Assembly: GCA_051362555.1 (NCBI GenBank)
Contig: CM120648.1
Span: forward strand, 16,178,587 to 16,242,586
Reading direction: 5' to 3'
DNA: 64,000 bases
From: Lingula anatina
Lineage: Eukaryota; Animalia; Brachiopoda
The position numbers and the translations under genes are program-made. Positions 9,422 through 21,200 of this stretch are shown here, piece by piece. Each line of letters begins with the position of its first letter. Positions within the stretch are counted from its first letter, which is position 1. The notes beneath the pieces are model-generated. The model had not been told where the DNA came from and searched no databases. It worked only from the letters and a program-made list of their open reading frames with translations.

Positions 9422-11491
9422 ATGAGTGAAAAATACTGTCATCTTAGAGGAGAAAAAAAATTAGAGTTGCCAGGAGACAGAATGCCTGGAAGAAAAAAGG
9501 CCAGAAAATGGTATTTTAAGCCAGGCAATACCTATGGGTCTCAGTACTGGCAAGGTGTCAGTGAAAAAAAAGCAGACCAGAGGAAAGAAGAAAGTCACCC
9601 CTTTACCAGACTGAGTGCTACTCAGTATGAAGACCTTGTGACAGTGAGGAGAGATGGCACTCTCAGCCTCCATGATGTTGATGGAAATCCTGCTCCAGTG
9701 AGGTTGCTGAGACCAGTAAAACCAAAGGCCACAGTCCAGCAGCCTGAGTCTGATGGCAAGCCACCAGTCAGTGATGATGTCTACAAGCTACACCATCAGG
9801 GGAAGCTGCTGCAGTTTTTTAATGACTGCTTTCAAGAGCATGCAGAGAAGAGTGCTGGTTGTGATGGCAGACTTGTCTTCGACCCAAACAAAGAGGAGAA
9901 GCGAGGACTGTGTTGGAAGGAGGAAATGAAGTGTGAGAAATGCAGCTATCACTCTAAAAAGACAAAACTGTACACAGAGGTGACAAGAGAAGGACCAGGG
10001 TGCAAGGCAGCAGTACCTAATGTAGCCATACAAGTTGGACTGTCCCAGACAATGATATCAAATGTTGCATGCCGGCGAATTTTGATGTCAGCTCACATCC
10101 CTGTACCAGCAACAAGTGGGATGCAGAAACATACAAACAGTGTGCATGACAAGATAGTGGAAGCCAACAGAGGTGACATGGCCAGAAGGCGGGCTCAGCT
10201 GCATGAGAACAACCAAGTAATGGGCCTCCCCAGAGACGCACCCATCAGAGTAGAGGGAGATGGACGTTATAATAACCCCCTGTATTCAGGTGCAGGGAAA
10301 ACTCCCTTCCAGGCAGGCACACAGGCAGTGTATACAGTAGTTGAAAATCAAACTAAGAGCAAACAGGTGATTGCTGTGGCAACAAAAAATAAACTCTGTA
10401 CTACAGCACAAAGACTGAGAAACAAGGGGCAGCATGTGACATGTCCAGATCACCATGGCCACTGCTCTGCTTCAGCACCTCCTAACTCCAGCATTGGCGA
10501 TGAAGCTGACCTAGCCCAGGCATGTGTGTTGGAAATGCAGCAGGACAACGAGCCAACACGTGTGAAGTACTGCATTCTGGATGGTGATTCATGTGCACTG
10601 AAGGGTTTCCAACCTACCTCAGAGACATCAACAAGTGATACCCCTCCGCTTCTACTAAAAGACACCCGTCACCTCAGTCTTGGACAGAAACGTGCACTGG
10701 CCAAAGTATCCTGGAGTTCTGGGATGTTTCCTAGACATCTGAAAATAGAGAAAGAAAAACTGATTAACAGATTCAATGAGGATGTTAAGGGTCAGTGTGC
10801 TATGACATTGTCACTGTGTTATGATGCATGTGCTGGAGATGTGAACAAGATGATAAAAAAACTGACCTATGCCACTGATGCCATGATTGACTGTTACAAT
10901 GGAAACCATGACTTATGCAAAAGAGGCAAGTCCTTCACATGTCAGGGCACAAAAAGACACCATTGGAACAAGCCCATGCTACCAGAAGGCTACAGGCTAC
11001 ATATGACTGATGAGGATAAAGATAAATTAAGACAATGTATTGGTTACAAATTGGACAGAAATGCAGTGCTCTCTCAGCACTTTAATAGTAACAGTCAAAA
11101 AGCAGAAGCAGTTAACCGCACCTATACATCAACAAACCCAAAATGTGTCACCATGACAAGGAATTTCAGTGGCAGGATACACAGTGCTGTCCACAAGGTG
11201 AACAATGGACCAGGTCAGTCTACAGTGCAGCTACTGGAACATGTTGGAGCCAGCCTTCCACACAATTCCCGTGTTCGATGCCAGCTGAAAAGTGAAGATG
11301 CACAAGTGAAAAAGAGAAAAGACTCTAAAAAGACTATTAAAAGCAAGCAAAACAGAATAAAAACTGTTCTAAGAAACTATCAAATGTATGACTCTAGACC
11401 AGAAAAAGTTGTGTACAAAAAAGGCATGCATGACAAGCTGCCACAGAAATCCATTAGATGCCCTCCAGATCATAATTATAATAAAAAATAA
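9422..11491 (+). CDS. Intact DDE transposase, Kolobok/'Mutator-like' (PF20700-type), 689 aa (669 aa from the second ATG at 9482)
   Basis: Uninterrupted ORF. N-terminal H/C..C-GL..C..C zinc-finger-like segment (HAEKSAGCDG...RGLCWKEEMKCEKC). Candidate catalytic D280 (EGDGRYN), D387 (LDGDS) and E562 (SQKAEAVN) by my count, plus a K-x-C...C...H...C insert and a DTRH motif. Basic C-terminal helix. This motif layout matches Kolobok-Hydra/PF20700-type transposases. Confidence 0.85.
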   Translation: MSEKYCHLRGEKKLELPGDRMPGRKKARKWYFKPGNTYGSQYWQGVSEKKADQRKEESHPFTRLSATQYEDLVTVRRDGTLSLHDVDGNPAPVRLLRPVKPKATVQQPESDGKPPVSDDVYKLHHQGKLLQFFNDCFQEHAEKSAGCDGRLVFDPNKEEKRGLCWKEEMKCEKCSYHSKKTKLYTEVTREGPGCKAAVPNVAIQVGLSQTMISNVACRRILMSAHIPVPATSGMQKHTNSVHDKIVEANRGDMARRRAQLHENNQVMGLPRDAPIRVEGDGRYNNPLYSGAGKTPFQAGTQAVYTVVENQTKSKQVIAVATKNKLCTTAQRLRNKGQHVTCPDHHGHCSASAPPNSSIGDEADLAQACVLEMQQDNEPTRVKYCILDGDSCALKGFQPTSETSTSDTPPLLLKDTRHLSLGQKRALAKVSWSSGMFPRHLKIEKEKLINRFNEDVKGQCAMTLSLCYDACAGDVNKMIKKLTYATDAMIDCYNGNHDLCKRGKSFTCQGTKRHHWNKPMLPEGYRLHMTDEDKDKLRQCIGYKLDRNAVLSQHFNSNSQKAEAVNRTYTSTNPKCVTMTRNFSGRIHSAVHKVNNGPGQSTVQLLEHVGASLPHNSRVRCQLKSEDAQVKKRKDSKKTIKSKQNRIKTVLRNYQMYDSRPEKVVYKKGMHDKLPQKSIRCPPDHNYNKK

Positions 11492-11629
11492 TAATTTTAT
11501 ATAAACAACGTGGTTTGTTATTTATTTATTAAATTGTGTGGGGTTAATTTTACTTAAAAGTTGGGGTTAACTTTCGCGGTCACACTTAAAAGTTGGGGTT
11601 AACTTTCACAGCAGTCACACTTAAAAGTT

Positions 11630-11854
11630 GGGGTTAAAGTTAGGGTTAGGGTTAGACTTAGGGTTAGGGTTAGGGTTAAAGTTAGGGTTAGGGTTAGGGT
11701 TAGGGTTAAAGTTAGGGTTAGGGTTAGAGGGTTAGACTTAGGGTTAGGGTTAGACTTAGGGTTAGACTTAGGGTTAGGGTTAAAGTTAGGGTTAGGCTTA
11801 GACTTAGGGTTAAAGTTAGGGTTAGGGTTAGACTTAGGGTTAGGGTTAGGGTTT
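11630..11854 (+). repeat. Telomere-like tract, unit 3
   Basis: Hexamer array; carries a TTAGGC variant shared with unit 7. Confidence 0.97.
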
Positions 11855-13405
11855 GAGCTAGTTTTAAAAATGGGATAAATATTCTCCTACCGGCAGCTCT
11901 CTATCTTGTTAGTAAACAAACCACTGCACTGCTGACATTTAGGAGTTCCCTGCACCAGAGGTCACACACTGCAACACAACTATCCTTGGTCCTGGAAAAA
12001 AAATATGCAGTATTTAACATCCTAGCCTGCTAGTTGGCACCAAAATTAACTCTAACAAAACAGGAAAAATGTCAGAAACAAAGAGGAAAAAATGAAATAC
12101 AATTTTTATACACTGTATTTTAGCAGAACTACATTTTGTCTGTCCTATACATGTCGTATTCTGTCATTGTAATGACCTATTTTTAGGGTTACACTTGCCA
12201 CACAAGGGTAGAAACCACCAAATAATTTCCCTTTGACAACTATACAAAGAAATGCCTGCAAAACTGCATGAATAAAAACATTTCCCATCCCCATGGACGG
12301 CAGACACACTGACATAACTCCCAATGGCACAAAAATATACTGTCACCAGACATTATTTCTTACCGGCATTACTTGAACATGTGACCCTTCTGTTTGTAAG
12401 CAAACCACTGCACTGCTCACATGTAGTAGCTCCCTCCGCCAGAGGTCTCACGACTGCACCACAACTATGCCTGGTCCTGAAAAAAAAAACTGGCAGTAGT
12501 TTACACCCTGGCCTGCTAGTTGATCCCAAATTTAACCCTAGCAACACACAAGAAATACCAGGAAAAAAAATGAAAAAAAGCACTATTTTTATCTGAATGA
12601 ACTATATTCGTCTATAACAGATGCTAATTGGCTGATTTATCAGTTTCCGCCCAGAACCAGAAACCAAAAATAACAAAATGACAATCCACCTACATATCCG
12701 GTTTAAAGTAGTGCTCAAACTTAATCAATCTTTATGAAATATTCACCAAAAACTCAACAGCAATCCTGAAAAATATATGGAAAATTTGGTGCCTGTTGTA
12801 ACAGTACTTATTGATATATTGCAGAATAAAAACATAGTCCAATTTACTGTGTTACACCTGTAAATTACAACAAAAATGAGAGTAATTATGGTATATGAAG
12901 ACCTGTGATTTTATGAAAAAGCTATATATCACTTCCAATTTTTTTACATGAACAACTTGTTCCTTTAGCTAATCAAAAAAAAATTTCCACACACATTTAC
13001 CTACTATGACTATTTTATGGAAAGTTTTAAGCTCCCCACCCCCCTAAATACATAGATAAATGGATAAAAATGCTGATGCATTATTCCAAACATCTAAGAC
13101 CTAAAACCAACATTGCATACAAAAGACAAGGTGTCACTTCCTCACATGGAAAAAAAATTCCCAGGTTTACATCTGTGTAAACACTTTCCCTGGGGAGTTG
13201 AAATCAGTAGGGGCTCTGGGCCAGGTGGCTAGGGACAGGGAGCTAACACAAACATCCTGCTGCCTGGCCTCCTGCTGCCCTGTATAAAAGAGACCCCAGC
13301 TCAGCAAAAAATCATACCAGCTCACAGAGTTAGTCTGAAGTCCATGAGTGAAAAATACTGTCATCTTAGAGGAGAAAAAAAAAATTAGAGTTGCCAGGAG
13401 ACAGA

Positions 13406-15415
13406 ATGCCTGGAAGAAAAAAGGCCAGAAAATGGTATTTTAAGCCAGGCAATACCTATGGGTCTCAGTACTGGCAAGGTGTCAGTGAAAAAAAAGCAGA
13501 CCAGAGGAAAGAAGAAAGTCACCCCTTTACCAGACTGAGTGCTACTCAGTATGAAGACCTTGTGACAGTGAGGAGAGATGGCACTCTCAGCCTCCATGAT
13601 GTTGATGGAAATCCTGCTCCAGTGAGGTTGCGGAGACCAGTAAAACCAAAGGCCACTGTCCAGCAGCCTGAGTCTGATGGCAAGCCACCAGTCAGTGATG
13701 ATGTCTACAAGCTACACCATCAGGGGAAGCTGCTGCAGTTTTTTAATGACTGCTTTCAAGAGCATGCAGAGACCAGTGCTGGTTGTGATGGCAGACTTGT
13801 CTTCGACCCAAACAAAGAGGAGAAGCGAGGACTGTGTTGGAAGGAGGAAATGAAGTGTGAGAAATGCAGCTATCACTCTAAAAAGACAAAACTGTACACA
13901 GAGGTGACAAGAGAAGGACCAGGGTGCAAGGCAGCAGGACCATATGTAGCCATACAAGTTGGACTGTCCCAGACAATGATATCAAATGTTGCATGCCGGC
14001 GAATTTTGATGTCAGCTCACATCCCTGTACCAGCAACAAGTGGGATGCAGAAACATACAAACAGTGTGCATGACAAGATAGTGGAAGCCAACAGAGGTGA
14101 CATGGCCAGAAGGCGGGCTCAGCTGCATGAGAACAACCAAGTAATGGGCCTCCCCAGAGACGCACCCATCAGAGTAGAGGGAGATGGACGTTATAATAAC
14201 CCCCTGTATTCAGGTGCAGGGAAAACTCCCTTCCAGGCAGGCACACAGGCAGTGTATACAGTAGTTGAAAATCAAACTAAGAGCAAACAGGTGATTGCTG
14301 TGGCAACAAAAAATAAACTCTGTACTACAGCACAAAGACTGAGAAACAAGGGGCAGCATGTGACATGTCCAGATCACCATGGCCACTGCTCTGCTTCAGC
14401 ACCTCCTAACTCCAGCATTGGCGATGAAGCTGACCTAGCCCAGGCATGTGTGTTGGAAATGCAGCAGGACAACGAGCCAACACGTGTGAAGTACTGCATT
14501 CTGGATGGTGATTCACGTGCACTGAAGGGTTTCCAACCTACCTCAGAGACATCAACAAGTGATAGCCCTCCGCTTCTACTAAAAGACACCCGTCACCTCA
14601 GTCTTGGACAGAAACGTGCACTGGCCAAAGTATCCTGGAGTTCTGGGATGTTTCCTAGACATCTGAAAATAGAGAAAGAAAAACTGATAAACAGATTCAA
14701 TGAAGATGTTAAGCGTCAGTGTGCTATGACATTGTCACTGTGTTATGATGCATGTGCTGGAGATGTGAACAAGATGATAAAAAAACTGACCTATGCCACT
14801 GATGCCATGATTGACTGTTACAATGGAAACCATGACTTATGCAAAAGAGGCAAGTCCTTCACATGTCAGGGCACAAAAAGACACCATTGGAACAAGCCCA
14901 TGCTACCAGAAGGCTACAGGCTACATATGACTGATGAGGATAAAGATAAATTAAGACAATGTATTGGTTACAAATTGGACAGAAATGCAGTGCTCTCTCA
15001 GCAATTTAATAGTAACAGTCAAAAAGCAGAAGCAGTTAACCGCACCTATACATCAACAAACCCAAAATGTGTCACCATGACAAGGAATTTCAGTGGCAGG
15101 ATACACAGTGCTGTCCACAAGGTGAACAATGGACCAGGTCAGTCTACAGTGCAGCTACTGGAACATGTTGGAGCCAGCCTTCCACACAATTCCCGTGTTC
15201 GATGCCAGCTGAAAAGTGAAGATGCACAAGTGAAAAAGAGAAAAGACTCTAAAAAGACTATTAAAAGCAAGCAAAACAGAATAAAAACTGTTCTAAGAAA
15301 CTATCAAATGTATGACTCTAGACCAGAAAAAGTTGTGTACAAAAAAGGCATGCATGACAAGCTGCCACAGAAATCCATTAGATGCCCTCCAGATCATAAT
15401 TATAATAAAAAATAA
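13406..15415 (+). CDS. Intact DDE transposase copy 4 (669 aa from MPGRKK)
   Basis: Open frame 13391-15415. The upstream ATG is out of frame because of a longer A-run; all candidate catalytic residues are retained. Confidence 0.82.
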   Translation: MPGRKKARKWYFKPGNTYGSQYWQGVSEKKADQRKEESHPFTRLSATQYEDLVTVRRDGTLSLHDVDGNPAPVRLRRPVKPKATVQQPESDGKPPVSDDVYKLHHQGKLLQFFNDCFQEHAETSAGCDGRLVFDPNKEEKRGLCWKEEMKCEKCSYHSKKTKLYTEVTREGPGCKAAGPYVAIQVGLSQTMISNVACRRILMSAHIPVPATSGMQKHTNSVHDKIVEANRGDMARRRAQLHENNQVMGLPRDAPIRVEGDGRYNNPLYSGAGKTPFQAGTQAVYTVVENQTKSKQVIAVATKNKLCTTAQRLRNKGQHVTCPDHHGHCSASAPPNSSIGDEADLAQACVLEMQQDNEPTRVKYCILDGDSRALKGFQPTSETSTSDSPPLLLKDTRHLSLGQKRALAKVSWSSGMFPRHLKIEKEKLINRFNEDVKRQCAMTLSLCYDACAGDVNKMIKKLTYATDAMIDCYNGNHDLCKRGKSFTCQGTKRHHWNKPMLPEGYRLHMTDEDKDKLRQCIGYKLDRNAVLSQQFNSNSQKAEAVNRTYTSTNPKCVTMTRNFSGRIHSAVHKVNNGPGQSTVQLLEHVGASLPHNSRVRCQLKSEDAQVKKRKDSKKTIKSKQNRIKTVLRNYQMYDSRPEKVVYKKGMHDKLPQKSIRCPPDHNYNKK

Positions 15416-15554
15416 TAATTTTATATAAACAACGTGGTTTGTTATTTATTTATTAAATTGTGTGAGGTTAATTTTACTTAAAAGTTGGGGTTAACTTTCG
15501 CGGTCACACTTAAAAGTTGGGGTTAACTTTCACAGCAGTCACACTTAAAATTTG

Positions 15555-15790
15555 GGGTTAAAGTTAGGGTTAGGGTTAGACTTAGGGTTAGGGTTAGGGT
15601 TAAAGTTAGGGTTAGGGTTAGGGTTAGGGTTAAAGTTAGGGTTAGGGTTAGGGTTAAAGTTAGGGTTAGGGTTAGAGGGTTAGACTTAGGGTTAGGGTTA
15701 AAGTTAGGGTTAGGGTTAGACTTAGGGTTAAAGTTAGGGTTAGGGTTAGACTTAGGGTTAGGGTTAGGGTTAGTGTTAGGGTTAGGGTTT
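15555..15790 (+). repeat. Telomere-like tract, unit 4
   Basis: Hexamer array including a TTAGTG variant. Confidence 0.97.
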
Positions 15791-17277
15791 GAGCTAGTTT
15801 TAAAAATGGGATAAATATTCTCCTACCGGCAGCTCTCTATCTTGTTAGTAAACAAACCACTGCACTGCTGACATTTAGGAGTTCCCTGCACCAGAGGTCA
15901 CACACTGCAACACAACTATCCTTGGTCCTGGAAAAAAAATATGCAGTATTTAACATCCTAGTCTGCTAGTTGGCACCAAAATTAACTCTAACAAAACAGG
16001 AAAAATGTCAGAAACAAAGAGGAAAAAATGAAATACAATTTTTATACACTGTATTTTAGCAGAACTACATTTTGTCTGTCCTATACATGTCGTATTCTGT
16101 CATTGTAATGACCTATTTTTAGGGTTACACTTGCCACACAAGGGTAGAAACCACCAAATAATTTCCCTTTGACAACTATACAAAGAAATGCCTGCAAAAC
16201 TGCATGAATAAAAACATTTCCCATCCCCATGGACGGCAGACACACTGACATAACTCCCAATGGCACAAAAATATACTGTCACCAGACATTATTTCTTACC
16301 GGCATTACTTGAACATGTGACCCTTCTGTTTGTAAGCAAACCACTGCACTGCTCACATGTAGTAGCTCCCTCCGCCAGAGGTCTCACGACTGCACCACAA
16401 CTATGCCTGGTCCTGAAAAAAAAACTGGCAGTAGTTTACACCCTGGCCTGCTAGTTGATCCCAAATTTAACCCTAGCAACACACAAGAAATACCAGGAAA
16501 AAAATGAAAAAAAGCACTATTTTTATCTGAATGAACTATATTCGTCTATAACAGATGCTAATTGGCTGATTTATCAGTTTCCGCCCAGAACCAGAAACCA
16601 AAAATAACAAAATGACAATCCACCTACATATCCGGTTTAAAGTAGTGCTCAAACTTAATCAATCTTTATGAAATATTCACCAAAAACTCAACAGCAATCC
16701 GGAAACATATCTGGAAAATTTGGTGCCTGTTGTAACAGTACTTATTGATATATTGCAGAATAAAAACATAGTCCAATTTACTGTGTTACACCTGTAAATT
16801 ACAACAAAAATGAGAGTAATTATGGTATATGAAGACCTGTGATTTTATGAAAAAGCTATATATCACTTCCAATTTTTTTACATGAACAACTTGTTCCTTT
16901 AGCTAATCAAAAAAAAATTTCCACACACATTTACCTACTATGACCATTTTATGGAAAGTTTTAAGCTCCCCACCCCCCTAAATACATAGATAAATGGATA
17001 AAAATGCTGATGCATTATTCCAAACATCTAAGACCTAAAACCAACATTGCATACAAAAGACAAGGTGTCACTTCCTCACATGGAAAAAACATTCCCAGGT
17101 TTACATCTGTGTAAACACTTTCCCTGGGGAGTTGAAATCAGTAGGGGCTCTGGGCCAGGTGGCTAGGGACAGGGAGCTAACACAAACATCCTGCTGCCTG
17201 GCCTCCTGCTGCCCTGTATAAAAGAGACCCCAGCTCAGCAAAAAATCATACCAGCTCACAGAGTTAGTCTGAAGTCC

Positions 17278-19347
17278 ATGAGTGAAAAATACTGTCATCT
17301 TAGAGGAGAAAAAAAATTAGAGTTGCCAGGAGACAGAATGCCTGGAAGAAAAAAGGCCAGAAAATGGTATTTTAAGCCAGGCAATACCTATGGGTCTCAG
17401 TACTGGCAAGGTGTCAGTGAAAAAAAAGCAGACCAGAGGAAAGAAGAAAGTCACCCCTTTACCAGACTGAGTGCTACTCAGTATGAAGACCTTGTGACAG
17501 TGAGGAGAGATGGCACTCTCAGCCTCCATGATGTTGATGGAAATCCTGCTCCAGTGAGGTTGCGGAGACCAGTAAAACCAAAGGCCACAGTCCAGCAGCC
17601 TGAGTCTGATGGCAAGCCACCAGTCAGTGATGATGTCTACAAGCTACACCATCAGGGGAAGCTGCTGCAGTTTTTTAATGACTGCTTTCAAGAGCATGCA
17701 GAGAATAGTGCTGGTTGTGATGGCAGACTTGTCTTCGACCCAAACAAAGAGGAGAAGCGAGGACTGTGTTGGAAGGAGGAAATGAAGTGTGAGAAATGCA
17801 GCTATCACTCTAAAAAGACAAAACTGTACACAGAGGTGACAAGAGAAGGACCAGGGTGCAAGGCAGCAGGACCTTATGTAGCCATACAAGTTGGACTGTC
17901 CCAGACAATGATATCAAATGTTGCATGCCGGCGAATTTTGATGTCAGCTCACATCCCTGTACCAGCAACAAGTGGGATGCAGAAACATACAAACAGTGTC
18001 CATGACAAGATAGTGGAAGCCAACAGAGGTGACATGGCCAGAAGGCGGGCTCAGCTGCATGAGAACAACCAAGTAATGGGCCTCCCCAGAGACGCACCCA
18101 TCAGAGTAGAGGGAGATGGACGTTATAATAACCCCCTGTATTCAGGTGCAGGGAAAACTCCCTTCCAGGCAGGCACACAGGCAGTGTATACAGTAGTTGA
18201 AAATCAAACTAAGAGCAAACAGGTGATTGCTGTGGCAACAAAAAATAAACTCTGTACTACAGCACAAAGACTGAGAAACAAGGGGCAGCATGTGACATGT
18301 CCAGATCACCATGGCCACTGCTCTGCTTCAGCACCTCCTAACTCCAGCATTGGCGATGAAGCTGACCTAGCCTAGGCATGTGTGTTGGAAATGCAGCAGG
18401 ACAACGAGCCAACACGTGTGAAGTACTGCATTCTGGATGGTGATTCACGTGCACTGAAGGGTTTCCAACCTACCTCAGAGACATCAACAAGTGATACCCC
18501 TCCGCTTCTACTAAAAGACACCCGTCACCTCAGTCTTGGACAGAAACGTGCACTGGCCAAAGTATCCTGGAGTTCTGGGATGTTTCCTAGACATCTGAAA
18601 ATAGAGAAAGAAAAACTGATAAACAGATTCAATGAAGATGTTAAGCGTCAGTGTGCTATGACATTGTCACTGTGTTATGATGCATGTGCTGGAGATGTGA
18701 ACAAGATGATAAAAAAACTGACCTATGCCACTGATGCCATGATTGACTGTTACAATGGAAACCATGACTTATGCAAAAGAGGCAAGTCCTTCACATGTCA
18801 GGGCACAAAAAGACACCATTGGAACAAGCCCATGCTACCAGAAGGCTACAGGCTACATATGACTGATGAGGATAAAGATAAATTAAGACAATGTATTGGT
18901 TACAAATTGGACAGAAATGCAGTGCTCTCTCAGCAATTTAATAGTAACAGTCAAAAAGCAGAAGCAGTTAACCGCACCTATACATCAACAAACCCAAAAT
19001 GTGTCACCATGACAAGGAATTTCAGTGGCAGGATACACAGTGCTGTCCACAAGGTGAACAATGGACCAGGTCAGTCTACAGTGCAGCTACTGGAACATGT
19101 TGGAGCCAGCCTTCCACACAATTCCCGTGTTCGATGCCAGCTGAAAAGTGAAGATGCACAAGTGAAAAAGAGAAAAGACTCTAAAAAGACTATTAAAAGC
19201 AAGCAAAACAGAATAAAAACTGTTCTAAGAAACTATCAAATGTATGACTCTAGACCAGAAAAAGTCGTGTACAAAAAAGGCATGCATGACAAGCTGCCAC
19301 AGAAATCCATTAGATGCCCTCCAGATCATAATTATAATAAAAAATAA
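17278..19347 (+). pseudogene. Transposase copy 5, single nonsense mutation
   Basis: CAG>TAG at 18373-18375; frame otherwise continuous. Confidence 0.92.
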
Positions 19348-19485
19348 TAATTTTATATAAACAACGTGGTTTGTTATTTATTTATTAAATTGTGTGGGGT
19401 TAATTTTACTTAAAAGTTGGGGTTAACTTTCGCGGTCACACTTAAAAGTTGGGGTTAACTTTCACAGCAGTCACACTTAAAAGTT

Positions 19486-19712
19486 GGGGTTAAAGTTAGG
19501 GTTAGGGTTAGACTTAGGGTTAGGGTTAGGGTTAAAGTTAGGGTTAGGGTTAGAGGGTTAGGGTTAAAGTTAGGGTTAGGGTTAGAGGGTTAGACTTAGG
19601 GTTAGGGTTAGACTTAGGGTTAGACTTAGGGTTAGGGTTAAAGTTAGGGTTAGGGTTAGACTTAGGGTTAAAGTTAGGGTTAGGGTTAGACTTAGGGTTA
19701 GGGTTAGGGTTT
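19486..19712 (+). repeat. Telomere-like tract, unit 5
   Basis: Hexamer array. Confidence 0.97.
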
Positions 19713-21200
19713 GAGCTAGTTTTAAAAATGGGATAAATATTCTCCTACCGGCAGCTCTCTATCTTGTTAGTAAACAAACCACTGCACTGCTGACATTTAG
19801 GAGTTCCCTGCACCAGAGGTCCCACACTGCAACACAACTATCCTTGGTCCTGGAAAAAAATATGCAGTATTTAACATCCTAGCCTGCTAGTTGGCACCAA
19901 AATTAACTCTAACAAAACAGGAAAAATGTCAGAAACAAAGAGGAAAAAATGAAATACAATTTTTATACACTGTATTTTAGCAGAACTACATTTTGTCTGT
20001 CCTATACATGTCGTATTCTGTCATTGTAATGACCTATTTTTAGGGTTACACTTGCCACACAAGGGTAGAAACCACCAAATAATTTCCCTTTGACAACTAT
20101 ACAAAGAAATGCCTGCAAAACTGCATGAATAAAAACATTTCCCATCCCCATGGACGGCAGACACACTGACATAACTCCCAATGGCACAAAAATATACTGT
20201 CACCAGACATTATTTCTTACCGGCATTACTTGAACATGTGACCCTTCTGTTTGTAAGCAAACCACTGCACTGCTCACATGTAGTAGCTCCCTCCGCCAGA
20301 GGTCTTACGACTGCACCACAACTATGCCTGGTCCTGAAAAAAAAACTGGCAGTAGTTTACACCCTGGCCTGCTAGTTGATCCCAAATTTAACCCTAGCAA
20401 CACACAAGAAATACCAGGAAAAAAAATGAAAAAAAGCACTATTTTTATCTGAATGAACTATATTCGTCTATAACAGATGCTAATTGGCTGATTTATCAGT
20501 TTCCGCCCAGAACCAGAAACCAAAAATAACAAAATGACAATCCACCTACATATCCGGTTTAAAGTAGTGCTCAAACTTAATCAATCTTTATGAAATATTC
20601 ACCAAAAACTCAACAGCAATCCTGAAACATATCTGGAAAATTTGGTGCCTGTTGTAACAGTACTTATTGATATATTGCAGAATAAAAACATAGTCCAATT
20701 TACTGTGTTACACCTGTAAATTACAACAAAAATGAGAGTAATTATGGTATATGAAGACCTGTGATTTTATGAAAAAGCTATATATCACTTCCAATTTTTT
20801 TACATGAACAACTTGTTCCTTTAGCTAATCAAAAAAAATATTTCCACACACATTTACCTACTATGACCATTTTATGGAAAGTTTTAAGCTCCCCACCCCC
20901 CTAAATACATAGATAAATGGATAAAAATGCTGATGCATTATTCCAAACATCTAAGACCTAAAACCAACATTGCATACAAAAGACAAGGTGTCACTTCCTC
21001 ACATGGAAAAAAAATTCCCAGGTTTACATCTGTGTAAACACTTTCCCTGGGGAGTTGAAATCAGTAGGGGCTCTGGGCCAGGTGGCTAGGGACAGGGAGC
21101 TAACACAAACATCCTGCTGCCTGGCCTCCTGCTGCCCTGTATAAAAGAGACCCCAGCTCAGCCAAAAATCATACCAGCTCACAGAGTTAGTCTGAAGTCC

